From the NCBI GenBank assembly GCA_964016885.1, contig OZ024743.1:21390001-21454000 (forward strand): a DNA stretch of 64,000 nucleotides, in the 5' to 3' direction. This stretch comes from Eledone cirrhosa (lineage: Eukaryota). The position numbers were made by a program, and so were the translations under genes. Shown here piece after piece: positions 29,176 through 62,100 of the stretch; within the stretch, counting starts at the first letter, position 1, and every line of letters starts with the position of its first letter. The notes under the pieces are model-generated. The model searched no databases. It saw nothing but the letters and a program-made list of their open reading frames with translations, and was not told the DNA's origin.

Positions 29176-31838
29176 TGAAGCGAAGCAAAGTCAGTAGTTA
29201 TCGCTAGAAGAAATAACTTGAATAACTAGTTTTCTTTTGATATAATATTTACTCCACTTCAGTCAAAAAGAACATCAAGTAAGTTCTCGCCGTCCTGCCG
29301 GGAAACGCCTTCTCCATTCTGTCCATCGGGGCCGTAGGTGGGCCCCATCGTGTACCGTTGTAGTTGTTGTAAAAGATAAACCATCTTGGAGTCACACCAA
29401 TCTAGCATATTTCAAGAGACATACAGATACACACACAATTCAACTATATATATACACAATACAACTATATATACACAATACAACTATTTCATTCATATAT
29501 ATTATTATTTGTCTGACCCGAATTTTCTTGGTCGTTTTATCGGCTGTGCGAATGATTTTGAGCATTATCTCAGTGTGTTGGTATTTAAACGTTAGTTATA
29601 GCTCTGGTTTATCCAAACTATTGAGCACTTTGCCACACTTTTCGAAGATTGTATTTCGTTATTTCGTGGGCCGAGATTCCGATTCTCGATAATTTATTTG
29701 TACACAACAACTATATATAGTTACCACGAGTTGCAAAGGTTGACAATGTTATGTTGTTGATGTGAAAACAGCGAGCGACCAGATAAGGTTTGTTGGTGGC
29801 TGCAATCCGTGGTAGTAGTTCTCGTCGTGATTCACCTCTTTCTCTCTTTCACCGGCTATTTATATCCCCAGCTTTCTATCCCCTGTCTCGTCTCAAGGTA
29901 TCGCCCACGCATCAACTTGTTAACGCCAAAAGGGTGGTGACCTAGAATTTGACCTTTAGGTGTCACCCAGGGTTCGAGGTGTGGACAGGTTTCGCTACAT
30001 TAGTTCCCCGCCTAGATCGATGCGGGAGTGGCGATCGATAATTGAAAAGTTAGCGAGAGAGGAAAAAAAAAAGAGTTTATATTAGTTCAACTCTGTTTCT
30101 CTCCTACACACTAGTTGCTGTTCATGTCCATAAAGTCTCCATCACATCTCCAGATAGAGATTTTTTATTTTTTATTTTAAATGTTACATTTTTTACATTT
30201 TTTTGTTATATGTTCTTTATAAGATAAGACCAGTAAACAATTAAATGAAAATGAACAAATTACCGATGAGATGAGGAGTGTTACTTGCCATATTGAGCAT
30301 ATTGAGATGGCCTGTACACACGTCGGCCGGATCTAGTGCTTGTTGTTGGCATAGAGTTCGGATTGTCGGTGAATGGGAGCACTGGTGTTGGGTTAACTTG
30401 ATCTGATGATGAGGGTTCATCCAAATCCACATGAGCTTTTTTTAAACGGTCGACACTGACAGCATCCCTTCTCCATTAATGTCCAAAATGAAATGCTTGG
30501 GTGTCCTTTTGAGTACTTGGTAGGGCCCCGAGTATGGTGGTTGCAAAGGAGCCTTGATAGTGTCCCTTCTGACAAAAACGTGTGTCCATTGCTGTAAGTC
30601 GGATGGAACTTGCGTAGTGATGTTTTGAGGGCGCGGGAGAACCGATGGCAGGTTTGCCATGTAGATCCACAGGTGATGGATATAATTCATTGGATCTGCG
30701 GGGTATTTAGACTCAGGGGCAATCATTTGCCCCGGTAATACCAATTTCATGTCATAAACCAGCTCAGCCGGCGTAAAACCAAGTCCTTCTTTTGCGGTGG
30801 AACGAATTCCAAGAAGGATGAGGGGTAAAATCTCCAACCAGTTGCTGGTGTTAACATAGGTCTGAGAGCCGATTTTAATTGCCGATGGAAACGTTCCACC
30901 ATACCATTAGCTGCAGAGTGATAGGCTGTTGTACGTATTCGACTACAACCTAGGAGGCGTGTCAATTCTTGAAAAATGTTTGATTCGAACTGGCCGCCTC
31001 TGTCCGTTGTTATGGTAGAAGGTGTGCCATAACGCGAAATCCAATGCTGTACTAGCGCCTTGGCAATAGAGTCGGTTGTGGTATCGGAAAGAGGAATGGC
31101 CTCAAGCCACCGGGAGAATCTGTCCACACAGGTTAAAAGGTGCGTGCAACCCTGAGAAGGAGGAAGTGGTCCGACGATATCGATGTGTACCTGTTGGAAA
31201 CGTGCATCCGGTGTTGCGAAGGTTCCCAGAGGGGTTCTGACATGATGGTGAATCTTCGCCTTCTGACACTGGACGCAACATCTGGCACATTCCCTGACAT
31301 CCTTGTTCACACCAACCCAAACAAACCAGGCTGTTAACTTCAGGGTAGAGTTGGCTCCAGGATGCGATAGGTTGTGCAGCGCAGAAAAAACCGAACGTCG
31401 ATGCTGTAGGGGCACATAAGGGCGCGCGTGACCCGTAGACACATCACACCAGATACCACCAGAAGAGAAGTTTGAATGACAAGGAAGAAGAAGATGGAGA
31501 ATTTCGGAGTTTGAGGAGCTCCCCATCCGTCTGTTGAGCGGCGGCGATGTCTCGGAGGCTGATGGAAAAGAAGGTGTGCAGTGCACCCAAGTGTGCGCGA
31601 GAAAGGGTGTCGGCTGCAGAGTTGTCTGAACCTAGTATGGTGGCTGCAATCCGTGGTAGTAGTTCTCGTCGTGATTCACCTCTTTCTCTCTTTCACCGGC
31701 TATTTATATCCCCAGCTTTCTATCCCCTGTCTCGAGGTATCGCCCACGCATCAACTTGTTAACGCCAAAAGGGTGATGACCTAGAATTTGACCTTTAGGT
31801 GTCACCCAGGGTTCGAGGTGCGGACAGGTTTCGCTACA
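29176..31838 (-). mobile_element. Gypsy/Ty3 LTR retrotransposon, internally deleted
   Basis: 3' LTR 29999-29176 (TGTAGCGAA...TTCGCTTCA) preceded by a purine tract; 5' LTR remnant 31838-31640 near-identical to 29999-29796; TATA 4-bp TSD. Confidence 0.85.
30442..31490 (-). pseudogene. Gypsy integrase (HHCC, DDE, GPY/F), frameshifted near 30850
   Basis: HNLSHPG..CVQCQKAK, HIDIVGP, TTDRGGQF, GMVERFHRQLK, YSGPYQV. Confidence 0.9.
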
Positions 31839-31942
31839 TATAATTATATATATATACCTATACACATATACAAACGTACACACATATATGTATATATATA
31901 AAAATAAATATATATACATATATATGCATATATATATATATA

Positions 31943-33705
31943 CTAGCTGAGGTACCCAGCTTCGCCAGGGTTAACAAATGATAAGAGAAGACCGGCAGAA
32001 GAGAAAACGTCTGTAGTGAATGCATTGTCTTGTTTACAGTGTGTGTGTGTGTGTGTGTGTATGTTTGTGTATATATATGTGTGTGTGTGTATATAAATAT
32101 GTGTGTGTGTGTGTGCCTGTGTGAGTGTTCGTGTGTGTCTGTGTGCGTGTGCGTGTGTGTGTGTAAACCACCGTTGGAATCGGAGACATAGGCCGCGAAA
32201 CACGATCATCACTGACAACGAACTCGCAGAGAGAATCCCTTATGGTTGATTCCCAACCTGTTAAAAATAGCAGTCAGGCTGGTTAGCATACGTGGTATGT
32301 CTTTCTCCATCTTTGGTGTTATAAAATTAGTATCAATAAACTTTCCTGGATATACTCTTATCCCAATCCTGTACATACTTTCCGATTGTCACTTTCCGTT
32401 TTTTTCGTGTGATACGCGAAGGAACCAAACAACAAACATCTCTCTTTTATTTGTTCATTCAAAATATTTATCAGCTAATTCTGTCGTACAATATACATCA
32501 GCAATCGTTATCTAATGTTAAAAACATATGAATAGCTGCGATATATGCACCACAACAATCAAAAACGATATGAGAATTGAATACCATACTAAAGCGCCAG
32601 TAAGCTTGTTAAGAACCTGGAGATAGAAATGTTAATAAATACACTTGGCTTGGGTAAAGTTTAAGATGTTCTTTCATTGTAGGTTTCTTTTCTCAGCCAG
32701 TACGTTAAAGAAAATTGATAGTTACAACAATAAAGGTTGAACAGAGAACACATTTTTTAACAAACTTTACAATAATTTGTACAACCATAATGGAAATTCC
32801 AAGTAACAGAAAATACATAAATTACATTGTTAGAGCCTCAGAGTATACAATATTTTTGGTTCGGCCCTTGGGAGCAAAGATTGTTTGGCGAGCTCAACCT
32901 AGAGCATCCTACATACAATTGACCATGGTTTTCCCAGATGAAGCCAGCCACTTTTAGGGTTTGACCCTGAGCTTTGTTGATGGTAATCGCGAAGCTTAGT
33001 CTCTCTGTTGCTCTAGTAACATTTTTTTTTCTGGAAAATCTGATCTTGAGGCCAGGCTAGGATTTTTTGGGTGGCATATCGGAGTAACAATGACGACAAG
33101 CCGTCTGTGCTTTCGTGAAATAAATACGTTTCTTATAACATTTTTTCTTCTGGAAAATCTGATCTTGCGGCCAGGCTGGAACATTTTGGGTGACATCTCG
33201 GCAGTAACAATGACGGTAACTCGTCTGTGCTTTCGTGAAATAAATACGTTTGTTTATATTTTGTTTTTGTGTATACAAAAATATCTGTACACGAATATAT
33301 AATTATATATATATATATATATATATATTAAAATAACAGATTAAAGTTTAAGCAAAGAATCGCTGCTTTCACCTTTAACGGGATCTCTGAAACTAAAAAA
33401 ATCAATCTGTGAACGCAGAAGTAAATATTTCGAAAAACGTTGCAACCGAAAAAAAACAGGAAGATGATACTTTGGTTCGTGAAGACGTTAGGAATGTGGT
33501 GTAAGCGGAAGTGTTGACATTTGAAAATTTTAAAGAAGTGAATATTTAAATAATGTATTTAATCTTTTAACAAAATTCAGTAGGCAAAAATACCCTCACT
33601 CTCTTGGAAAAAGTTTCATCTATGGTGCAAATTTGGTGCCGTTTGGTCCAGCCGCTTGGCGGAAAGTGTGTTACTTACATACGACCGTCAGCTTTATAGT
33701 ATAGA
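31943..33705 (-). mobile_element. Non-autonomous Helitron-like element
   Basis: Minus strand A|TCTATACTAT...hairpin ACCCTGGCGAAGCTGGGT..CTAG|T, no TSD; internal ~120-bp tandem repeat 33017-33251. Confidence 0.82.
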
Positions 33706-33925
33706 TATACACGTATATACATATATATACATATATACACACATCCACATATATACGCATACAAATACATACATATATATATATAGATAGATAAAAATCA
33801 TAGATAGATATAGATAGATAAAAATCAACCCACATACATACGTACACAAGCGCGCGCGCACACACACACACAATAAAAAATCAACACACGCATACATATA
33901 TACATATATACACAAATCCATACAA

Positions 33926-34038
<113 letters not shown>

Positions 34039-34257
34039 CACACACACATATACATATATACACACACAAACATATGCATGCATACATACACGTGCGTGTG
34101 TGTGTACATAAACATATAGGCAGACAAACTATATATACATACACGCTCGCAGGTGGGAGTATAAAAAGGGGGTACAAAAACATGAAAAGGTATATTCACA
34201 GATCCATGCAAACAAAATTTTATATAAAAATAATATAAATACACACACACACACGCA

Positions 34258-34336
<79 letters not shown>

Positions 34337-34361
34337 ATATATATATATATATTATATAACA

Positions 34362-35413
34362 CATAGATACTATAAGATCTTCAATAGAAACTGTCAAAAT
34401 CAGCTACTCCTGCGGTCCCCCCTATTAAATCTTATATCCTCAATAAGAAAATACCCAGAGAACATCAAGATTGCTCCTGTAGAGTCAAAAGTGAATGCCC
34501 ATTACAAGGTAAATGCAGCACCAAAGCCATTGTATATGCGGCTAAAGTGACAACCACCAGCAACAACCTACCAGCCACCAGCGAACGATATGTGGGTATG
34601 ACACAAGAAAAATTCAAAACGCGTTATTATTCACATGTCGCATCTTTCCGGCATCCTGAAAAAAGATTTACAACAGCTCTGGCTAGCAGAATATGGGATT
34701 TGAAAGACCAAGGTATCTAATATAAATTAGATTGGTCATTTTTGAACCAATCTAAAGAATATGCAAGAGGAATAAGAAGATGCACACTCTGCATAAGTGA
34801 AAAATATTGGATTTTACAGAACCTTAAATCACCAAAAGCCTGCCCTAAATGCAAAAAAAACAGAAATGTTCAGCAGTTGCCCACACATGAAATCACACTT
34901 GCTTTCCAGCTCATATAAACTTAACTCACTTTCAGATACTTATCCTCCATAAACTCTTGTTCTTCACTCTCCTTAAATTACCCTCTTTACAGACTTCTCT
35001 TTCTGATTTACTTTTATTTTTATTTTTAACTTTATTTTTACTTCACATCCACCAGTGACCCCTCCCCCTTCTTTTTGATTCACTTACTTTATATCTTCAC
35101 AATTTTACATATTTTACTTCCCCACTTTCTTTCACTACCTAATATCACATGTCACTTGCGTTTTCAACTCCAGATATATTCTGCTGTCTCTTAGCCGCTT
35201 TTAAGTATGTTTACTTGCGTATAATTTGTACTCATTTATTCATACAGCTGGTTTTTATATTGTATCTATGCGTGTGAGCGTGCATGTGTGTGTATGCGTG
35301 TTTGTATATGTATATGAATGCATTCGTATGTGCGCGTGTGTGTGTATATGTGTGTGTACGTGTGTTTTTATATCTATGTTTTTTACATACTTATATATAT
35401 GTGTGTGTGTGTG

Positions 35414-35448
<35 letters not shown>

Positions 35449-35453
35449 GTATG

Positions 35454-35494
<41 letters not shown>

Positions 35495-36350
35495 GCGTGC
35501 GTGTGATTAGATGTACATGTACGTATATATATATGTGCTTCGTGTGTATGTATGCGCGCCTTTGTATGTGTGTACGCATGTATGTGCTTTTGTCTGTACG
35601 TATTTATATATATATATTTTTATATATATATGTGTATGCACGAACCTATGTATGCTATTTTTTCTAGTGTTACTTTATAATTGATAACCCCTCCTTCTTA
35701 CTTTCTCTTTGATTTAATTTTTTATTCTCATATATTTTTTCATTTTTTCATTTTTTTATTTTTTTCATTTTCATATTTTATATTTTTTATAAATGTATCG
35801 ACCTTCAGCCCGACACTGCTTTGACTGATACACTCTCTTCCCTGTATATACACTTGCATGTATGTGGTTGCGCGTGTGTGTGTGTTTATACGCGTGCTTT
35901 CATACTTGTATGTGTATATATTTCAAAATTTAGCACCTGAGCCTGGATGTACGTTAACTCTATTATCTTACAATTCCTTTTCAACATATATTATATATGT
36001 ATTTGTGGCCACACATACACTGATATGCTTGCCCTCATGTATGTACTTACGCACACATTTTTTCACTATACACATGCATATGTACATACACACATATGTA
36101 CATTTGTGAGTGAATATACACACATTTATACACATACCCTAACTATATTTCCTTATTTTATTTTTATATATCTCTTGCATTACTTTTATTTATATATTTT
36201 TTTGCCCGTTAAACTTTTGCCTTTCTTGAGGAGATTTTTCAAATATTTCACTATGTTTTAAATTGCCTTGTCTGACGAACGAATGAGGACGTTTCTTGTA
36301 TTCGTCTTATTCGGGAAACCTCTGGTAATGAGGTAATTATATTGTATTGT
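34362..36350 (+). mobile_element. Second Penelope-like element, truncated (GIY-YIG remnant 34362-34915, 3' UTR, HHR)
   Basis: Translation VKISYSC..CSCRVKSECPLQGKC..IVYAAKV..RYVGMT..FKTRY..IWDLK..CTLCISEK, with a stop and frameshift. Confidence 0.88.
36261..36338 (+). ncRNA. Type-I hammerhead ribozyme at the PLE 3' end
   Basis: aattgccttgt CTGACGA ACGAATGAGGACG..CGTCTTATTCGG GAAA CC-tct-GG TA^ atgaggtaatt; 11-bp stem I with G-U pairs. Confidence 0.85.
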
Positions 36351-37569
36351 TTATTATACATTATATATTATATATATATATATTACATATATATATATTA
36401 AATATATATATATATATACACACACACACATATATATATATGTATAAATACACATATATGTATATGTACACATAAGCCTGCCTGCATATGCGCCCACATA
36501 TATATATGTGTGTATGTGTTTGTGTGTACATATACGGGTGCGTATATATTTGTGTATATGTGTGTGTGTGTGTGTATATATATGTGTGTGTGTGTATATA
36601 TACCAGTGGCGAAGGGTAACCTGGAAAGCAGGGCATGCAGTCCAATCGCCATGGTGGAAAGTGAGGCTGTGCTGCCTTACCCCCCCCCCCCCCCCCCTCC
36701 CCACATTCCCTCTAAATGACCCTCCCGGTCAAAGCTGTATGTAGTGTTATCTAGTGTGTGTGTGTGTTATCTAGTGTGTGTGTGTGTTATCTAGTGTGTG
36801 TGTGTGTTATCTTTTTATGTGTCTACGATTTAGTAAGCAGCCAAAATTCTGCTTGCTTCAACCGACGCAATTGATCAACTCAAGATTCTGTAACACATGA
36901 ACTGCATGCACGCACCCTTCGCCCCTGATATATACATATATATATTTGTGTATATGAGTATGGAGAGATATGCATATGTGTGTATATATAGATTTTACGT
37001 TATTATTGAATACATGTGTGAGAGTGCGCCTGTGTGTGCAAATATGTGTGAGAGTGCGCCTGTGTGTGCAAATATGTGAGAAAGTATACGTCTACGTATT
37101 ATTACGTATAAGCGCGTGGTTGAGTGTGTGTGTGTTTATGTTCTGGAAATTTATTTATATATTTTTTCCCCTAAATCCTTTTTTGCCCGTTTTTTCAGCC
37201 TCACTTTCATATTTCATAAATTTTGTTTTCAAATCCATATTTAATAAAAACACCATGTTATTTATTCATTCTGAAAGAGCACTTGTAGCGGTTGTCTCTT
37301 CGCTATACACTCTCTTTTCTTGTACCTTTCCTACGGAAATATTTCATTATATAAATATTGATATATATATATATATATATTGTTATACTTGGGGAGGGTC
37401 ATATTGTAGTAATAATATTGCTAGAAATAATAACAGAACACACTCACTGTTTGGTTGGTTTTCGCTTTATAAATATGTGTCCCAGCATGGCCTCAGCCGG
37501 ATGGCTAGAGCAGGTAAAAGAGTAAAAGAGTAAATATATAAATATATATATAAATATATAAATAAAAAT

Positions 37570-39185
37570 ATAAGCAATGAGTTATTTAATTTGTTGATTA
37601 TTCAACAAATTTAATTTATAACAGGTTAGAAGCACTCATCAGATTTCTTCTGGAGTATAATATCAATAATATTAATAAATGGAAGCTATCTTTATAAAAC
37701 CATATTTATTTTATCATATATATTTCAAGGGTACCAAAATTTTGGTACGCCCTTATCAGATAAAATACAAAAGCTGGTTTACAGATAGTGACATATTCAG
37801 ACAAGAACGTAATGTCGTGAGTTCTATTTGAATAGTGAAGAAAAGCTTCAAATCACAACATGAATATGCTAATGAGGATAACGTTAAAACTGAAAAAGAT
37901 CGTTATGTTTAGACGCTAGGTAAATTTAAATAATTATTAGGATTTTTTCTTTTTAATAAGAAAAAGAAATAAGAAATTAAGGTGGAAGAAAATTCAAGGA
38001 AAGATTTTAAGAAAAAATATATTAAAGTTACTAACATAATATTTATAGGAATGTATGTATATAATTGTCCGAAACATATTTGTAAGGGTGTAGAGAGAAT
38101 AAAATAATTATATTTATTTTTATTTATTTTATTATTTAATTAAATATTTTGGAAGTATTTATAATATGTGTGAATTATAAATAAATGTGTTAAAGTGAGA
38201 GAATATTAATTTAAAATGTGAAAGGTAACTTGTATTCATATACACGATTGGATCTATTCTACTGGTGTGTTTTAATATTATGAAGATTGCAGGCATTATC
38301 GGTAGAGGTTTGGACACCATGCTTTCTAGCATAGTTACGTTCCATTACAGTCTGAGTTCAAGTCCCATCGAGGTTAACTTTGCCTTTCATCCTTACGGGG
38401 TCGATAAAATAAAGTACCAGTAATGCACTGGATAATTGCTGGCCTTGTGCCAAAAGTAGAAACAATTATATTATAAGAGGTTAGTTGTGTATATATATAT
38501 ATATATATATAAATAGTTTTGGTGTGTATATATGTTATTTATTTAATAGATAAATAATTTTAGTTCGATATCGATAGCTTTATATAAGAAGAGTTATGAT
38601 AGGTTGGGCGAAGATATGTTTATATTTTCAATATATAGCTTAAGAATATGAAAGTAATTCTATTTTAGTATAGAAGATGTATATTATTTTGTATATTCTA
38701 TAATTGTATCAAGATAGAAATAAATTTACGAAATTTTAATATTTATGTAAAGTTTAAGGTATAATCATAAACACACATTTAATAGATCGGACAAAAAATT
38801 CTCAACATCACTTTCACATTTAATTTGGTCCTTAAAAGACAATAATATTGACTATTCGATCTCTTGGAGAATGATTTCGAAAGCGCCCGCATACCAGAAT
38901 ATGGCTCTCTCAAGAATTTGTCATCTCTGTATTGAAGAATTTTTTCACATAATTACCAACCATAAGAATGCTATAAACAAAAAGAAAGAATTATTTAATT
39001 CTTGTTTGCATCGACAGTCCAAGACTTCTAAAAGTATCTATAATCTATAGAAAATATTATATATAGCCTCTATATCTTTCCCAGTCTCTATATAGCCTCT
39101 ATATCTTACCTAGCGTCTAAACATAACGATATCTTTCAGTTGTAACGTTATCCTCATTAGCATATTCATCTTGTGATTTGAAGTT
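37570..39185. mobile_element. Third PLE remnant with internal inversion (minus-strand 3' UTR and decayed HHR 37707-37767; plus-strand GIY-YIG C-terminus ~38765-39030)
   Basis: STSLSHLIWSLKDNNIDYSISW..CHLCIEE..SCLH; 37845-37925 is the reverse complement of 39105-39185; SINE at 38285-38468. Confidence 0.75.
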
Positions 39186-39884
39186 TGTTTTTTTCATATA
39201 TGAGTGAAATTTGGTTGGTTGATGCAGTCATGTGAATAAGCACATCAACTTTCGCACCAGAAGTGGTGTTTGAGGGTTCTTTATGGAAAGTAAAAATATA
39301 TTTCACATCATTTCTTTTAATTATAGGTAAAGCTAATCTTTTGTAATCTTATAAGGTAGAGGTCAGCATTTTTTTTTAAATGGCAAATAAAAGTAATACA
39401 ATATTCACCAAGTCTTCTTATTTCTACATATAAAACCATACCATATACTCAGAATAGATGCCATTCAATATATGTATATAAACTTATACGAAATACATTT
39501 CAGTAGGAGAAACATATCAGTAACTAGATTTTTGAATCTGACTGATAAAATGACAAGTCAGTCCATCATATTGCTGGCCCCACAGCTCCGGCGGACAGAA
39601 TAGAGAAGGCGTTTTTTAATAAATGTTATTTTATTGGTTATGACTGTCACATGAATAAGTACATTAAATTTCGTGCCAGTTCGTATTTAGAGGTTCTATG
39701 TAGCCGTTTTCACAGTTACATGATTTGTGTTACATGATTTGTGCCAAACAAAAGATAATGGTCAAGAAAAAAGGGATGGGGAGAATTGTTCTGGTTCAGT
39801 GAGTGTGGCTGATTTGCTGAGGTGTCAAAATTCAGACTTTCTATTGAAATAAAGAAAATAGAGATATATATTTTTATTTGTGTG

Positions 39885-39887
39885 CTG

Positions 39888-39930
<43 letters not shown>

Positions 39931-40086
39931 AAAATGATTCCATTAGTAGAAATTGAAAAGGAGTTATGTGTGTGTGTATGGGAGTATGGATAGCATATTA
40001 AGGTGGTGACAGGATAGAGAATATATATTTGTGTGTGTGTGTGTGTAGGAAAATGATTCCATTAGTATAAATGGGGGAGGGAGTTA

Positions 40087-40120
<34 letters not shown>

Positions 40121-40330
40121 GGTGTTATATGTGTGTGTGGGGGGTATGGTTAGCATTTTAAGGTGTTAGAGTATTAATATATGTTAAGGTCTATTTAGCT
40201 CTGGTTTTTATTTTCGAATATAGAAGAGGGTGTTATGTGTGTGTGTGTGTGTGTGTCTGTTTGGATGGTTAGCATGTTATGGTGTTAACATATTATTGTA
40301 TATTAAACTATATTTAATGCTGGTCTATAT
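39885..40330. repeat. Degenerate ~130-bp tandem repeat with (GT)n
   Basis: GGAAAATGATTCCATTAGTA, GAGTTATGTGTG and TAGCAT..TAAGGTG recur two to three times. Confidence 0.6.
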
Positions 40331-40611
40331 TTTTGAATAAACATATTTTCCTTATTCATTCGTATTTGGTCTGTTGTATTGTTAGCTCAAAGATAAAGTG
40401 GGAAGACTTGGAATTTGGGTGTATATGTATATATGAGTCCTGGGTTCAATCGAGAGTGACCACAGTTAGTAATGTACACAATACATTGAAAGATTTGCAA
40501 ACCCTGATGATTTTTGTATGTGTAGATATATACATATGAAATCACACATACAAATAACTGATAGAAACTAAATTATATTTTAATTTCTCTCTTCTGCAGA
40601 TCTTTAACAAA

Positions 40612-58841
<18,230 letters not shown>

Positions 58842-59131
58842 GTATGATAGAAATATTTCATCATTGTTGTTGTTATTATTATTATTATTATTATTGTTAT
58901 TATTATTATTGTTATTGTTATTGTTATGGATTGGCAGTATTGGTAGAGGGTCGGATGCCATGCTTTGATGCATAGAGTTATGGCCCTTGCCATTCTGAGT
59001 TCAAATCCCGCCGAGGTTAACATTGCCTTTCATCCTTACGGGGTCGATAAAATAAAGTACCAGTAATGCACTGGGTAATTGTTAGCCTTGTGCCTAAAAT
59101 AGAAACAATTATTATTATTATTATTATTATT

Positions 59132-62100
59132 GTTCTTTGAGTCTCAGTCATTGATGTTAGTTAACTGGAAAGTTTGTTGAAATGAATATCAAGCCACTAC
59201 CTGCAGCCCCAGATATTCAGGGTGTATCTGAGGGTTCTTGCTGTTCCCAGCAAGCATGCCTTTTGAAGTGTTCCAAAAAGCGGGGCGGGGCCAATTTTCT
59301 TTAACCATCCTTGGAAACTCTTTGAGATAGTACCTAGTGCGCCTATGACAATCGGAACCACTTTGATTTCATGGCAGTTCCAAATCCTTTTTACCTCCCA
59401 CTTTAAGTCCTGGTATCGGTTAATTTTTTCCCTCTCATTCTCTTGCACTCTCGTGTTGAATGGGCAGGCCACATCCACAATCAGACACAATCTTTTTTCC
59501 TTATCCAAAACCACCAGGTCAGGTCTATTGTGTTCCAGTTTCTTGTCCGTCTGTATCCTAAAATCCCACAGCACCTTCACCTGATCGTTTTCTATCACCG
59601 ACTCTGGCTTATGCTCATACCACTTCTCAGAATGTTGTAAATTGTTTACTTTGCATAGGTGCCAGTGGATCACGCTGCCCATCACATAATGTCTCCAGCC
59701 TTTATAGTGAGTCTGGGCTACGTGTTTACACTCGGATACAATGTGAGCCACAGTCTCCTCTCTCTCTCCACAGATCCTACACAGTGGGCTAGCCTCCTCC
59801 TTGTAAATATGGTGTTTCAGCCACTTCGTTTTGAGGGCCTGCTCTTGCGCAGCCATTAGCATTCCTTCTGTAGCCTTTTTAAGGTCTCCTCTTTTCAACC
59901 AGTTCCATGTCTGTGGATCTCTGAATTCAGTTTTCTCAAAGAAGGTACTATGAAGGGATTTTTCATGAAGGTTGCTCTTTCTCCTTGTTGTTATTTCCTC
60001 CTTGGACATCCCCTGGTTTATTGTCCTCTCCTTCAGTACAATTCTGAACATTGGCTCCCTACTATCAGTCACGTATTTGTGTAGGTTATTTTTCTCCATC
60101 TGAACACAGCCCTCTATGCTGATAAGACCTCTTCCACCTTCAGATCTCCTTAAGTAGAGTCTATCGACATCACTCCTCTTGTGGAACATGTTGTAGATAG
60201 TCAATAGCTTCTTAGTCTTCCTATCCATTTCTTTTTGTTCAGCAACATTCCATCTCAGAATTCCCGCACTGTACCTAATAATAGATACAGCTCGGGAATT
60301 TACTGCACTTATGGCATTCCTACTGTTCAGATGTGACTTTAATACACTCCTTACTCTCCGAATGTATTCAGATCTTATCAATTCCTTCATTTTTTTGTTC
60401 TTGATGTCATCAGCCTCCAGAACACCTAAATACTTGTATCCTTCTTCAGTGTCAATTTCCTCTATCATCTCACCTGTTGGTACCTGGATTCCGTTGCTTC
60501 TGCTCAATTTACCCCTCTTCATCACAAGGACTCCACACTTACTAATACCAAATTGCATACATATATCATTGCTGAAAATACGGAGAGTGTCAACAAGCAC
60601 ATCCAACCCCTTCGCACTCTTCCCGAAGAGCTTAAGATCATCCATGAAGAGGAGGTGATTGAGGGTAAGCCCTCCCTTTCCCAACTTGTATCCTGCTCTC
60701 ACTTTTCGCAGTATAATGGTCAGGGGCATCAGGGCAAGGACAAACAACAGAGGGGACAGACTATCTCCCTGGAAGATACCTCTCTTGATCTTCACGCCTC
60801 CCAAGGATTCTCCAGCTGATGTTAACTCTGTTTTCCAGGACTTCATACTTTTGCTCAACAACTGTTTGATGTTATCTGCCACCTTGAAGATCTCTAGGCT
60901 TTTGGTGATCCAAGAATGAGGCACCATGTCAAATGCCTTTTTTGTAGTCTATCCATCCCATGGCAAGACCAGTGTGTCACCTCTTGCAATTCCTCATTAC
61001 CATCTTATCAATAAATTAACTGGTCCTTTGTACCACGGGACTTCTTTCGGCATCCTTTCTGTTCGTCCGGTAACAAGTTGTTTGTGTGGAGGTGATGGTA
61101 GATTTCCTCAGACACAATGCTTGTTAACAGTTTCCACATTATGGACAGACATGTGATAGGTCTATAGTTGGTAACATCATTACCCTTGATTCGGTCTTTC
61201 ATTACCAGAACTGTGGTACCTTTTGTCAACTACTCTGGTACCTCACCTGACATCAAGCAGTCATTGAACATGTTTCGGGTGGAGGGGTGTTATATTTTTA
61301 ATCCAATACCCCTGCACACCATCTGGGCCTGGTGATTTCCAGTTGGTTAGTTTTTTGGCCTGCCCCTTAAGAGTTTCAACTGTGATACTCAAATCAGTTT
61401 GTTGGTGTGCCTGTTCACTAATCTCCTTTTGTACTGTCTCAATCCACACTGCCTGGTCATTATGTTTAACATCCTGCTCCCATATTCCTCTCCAGAATGT
61501 CTTAGTTTGTTCCGCCTCAGGGATCAAGTCGTTGTCTCTTTCTTTCCCTTCAAGCTGTCCAAACAACATCTTCTGGTTGTTGTCAAACATGCGGTTCTGT
61601 CTATACTGACTGACTCTGCTCTCGTATCGCCTAATTTTGGCACTCTTTGCTACAATGCATTGCTTCAGTTCCTCTATGATAATATTTAGCTTTTTCCTCC
61701 TAGTTTTGTACTTTATTTCCAGTCTATTTTTAGTGTCTATGTTTTTTAGTGTCCCATTCAGTAGGGACTCAAGCTTTCCAATGTCATTTCTCATTTCCCT
61801 GATTTGACCATTCAGTCGTTTCTTCCACCAAGGTTCTGATCTTTCTTGTTTGTTGTTTCCTCTCGCTTTTATGCCAAGTAATTTCCTCACTGCATTTGCT
61901 GTTGCTTTGAGGATATTGTTGCACTGGTGAAGGCTCCTCGCCTCAAGGTATGGGATGACTTTGTTTACCTTAGCTGTTGTTTCTTTTAACTTTTTCCTGT
62001 CTACAAATCTTAGGTTCATAGGTTTCCCACTATCATTGTTCATTTCATCTACCACTAAGTTTTGGATATCAACCAAATCTTGTCCTAGCCCGTCAGCATT

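Noticed and set aside
33017-33251. Regular repeats here and at 36743-36812, 49700-50060, 54560-54800 and 57300-57790 as CRISPR-like arrays
   Set aside because: Tandem duplications without unique spacers, inside eukaryotic transposons
34362-34915. Possible selenocysteine recoding, reported for some Naiad elements
   Set aside because: The in-frame stop here is TAA, and the 5376-7619 ORF has no in-frame TGA
39220-39710. Two loosely similar ~60-nt segments upstream of the kinase as a promoter or UTR exon
   Set aside because: Similarity is too weak and there is no independent support
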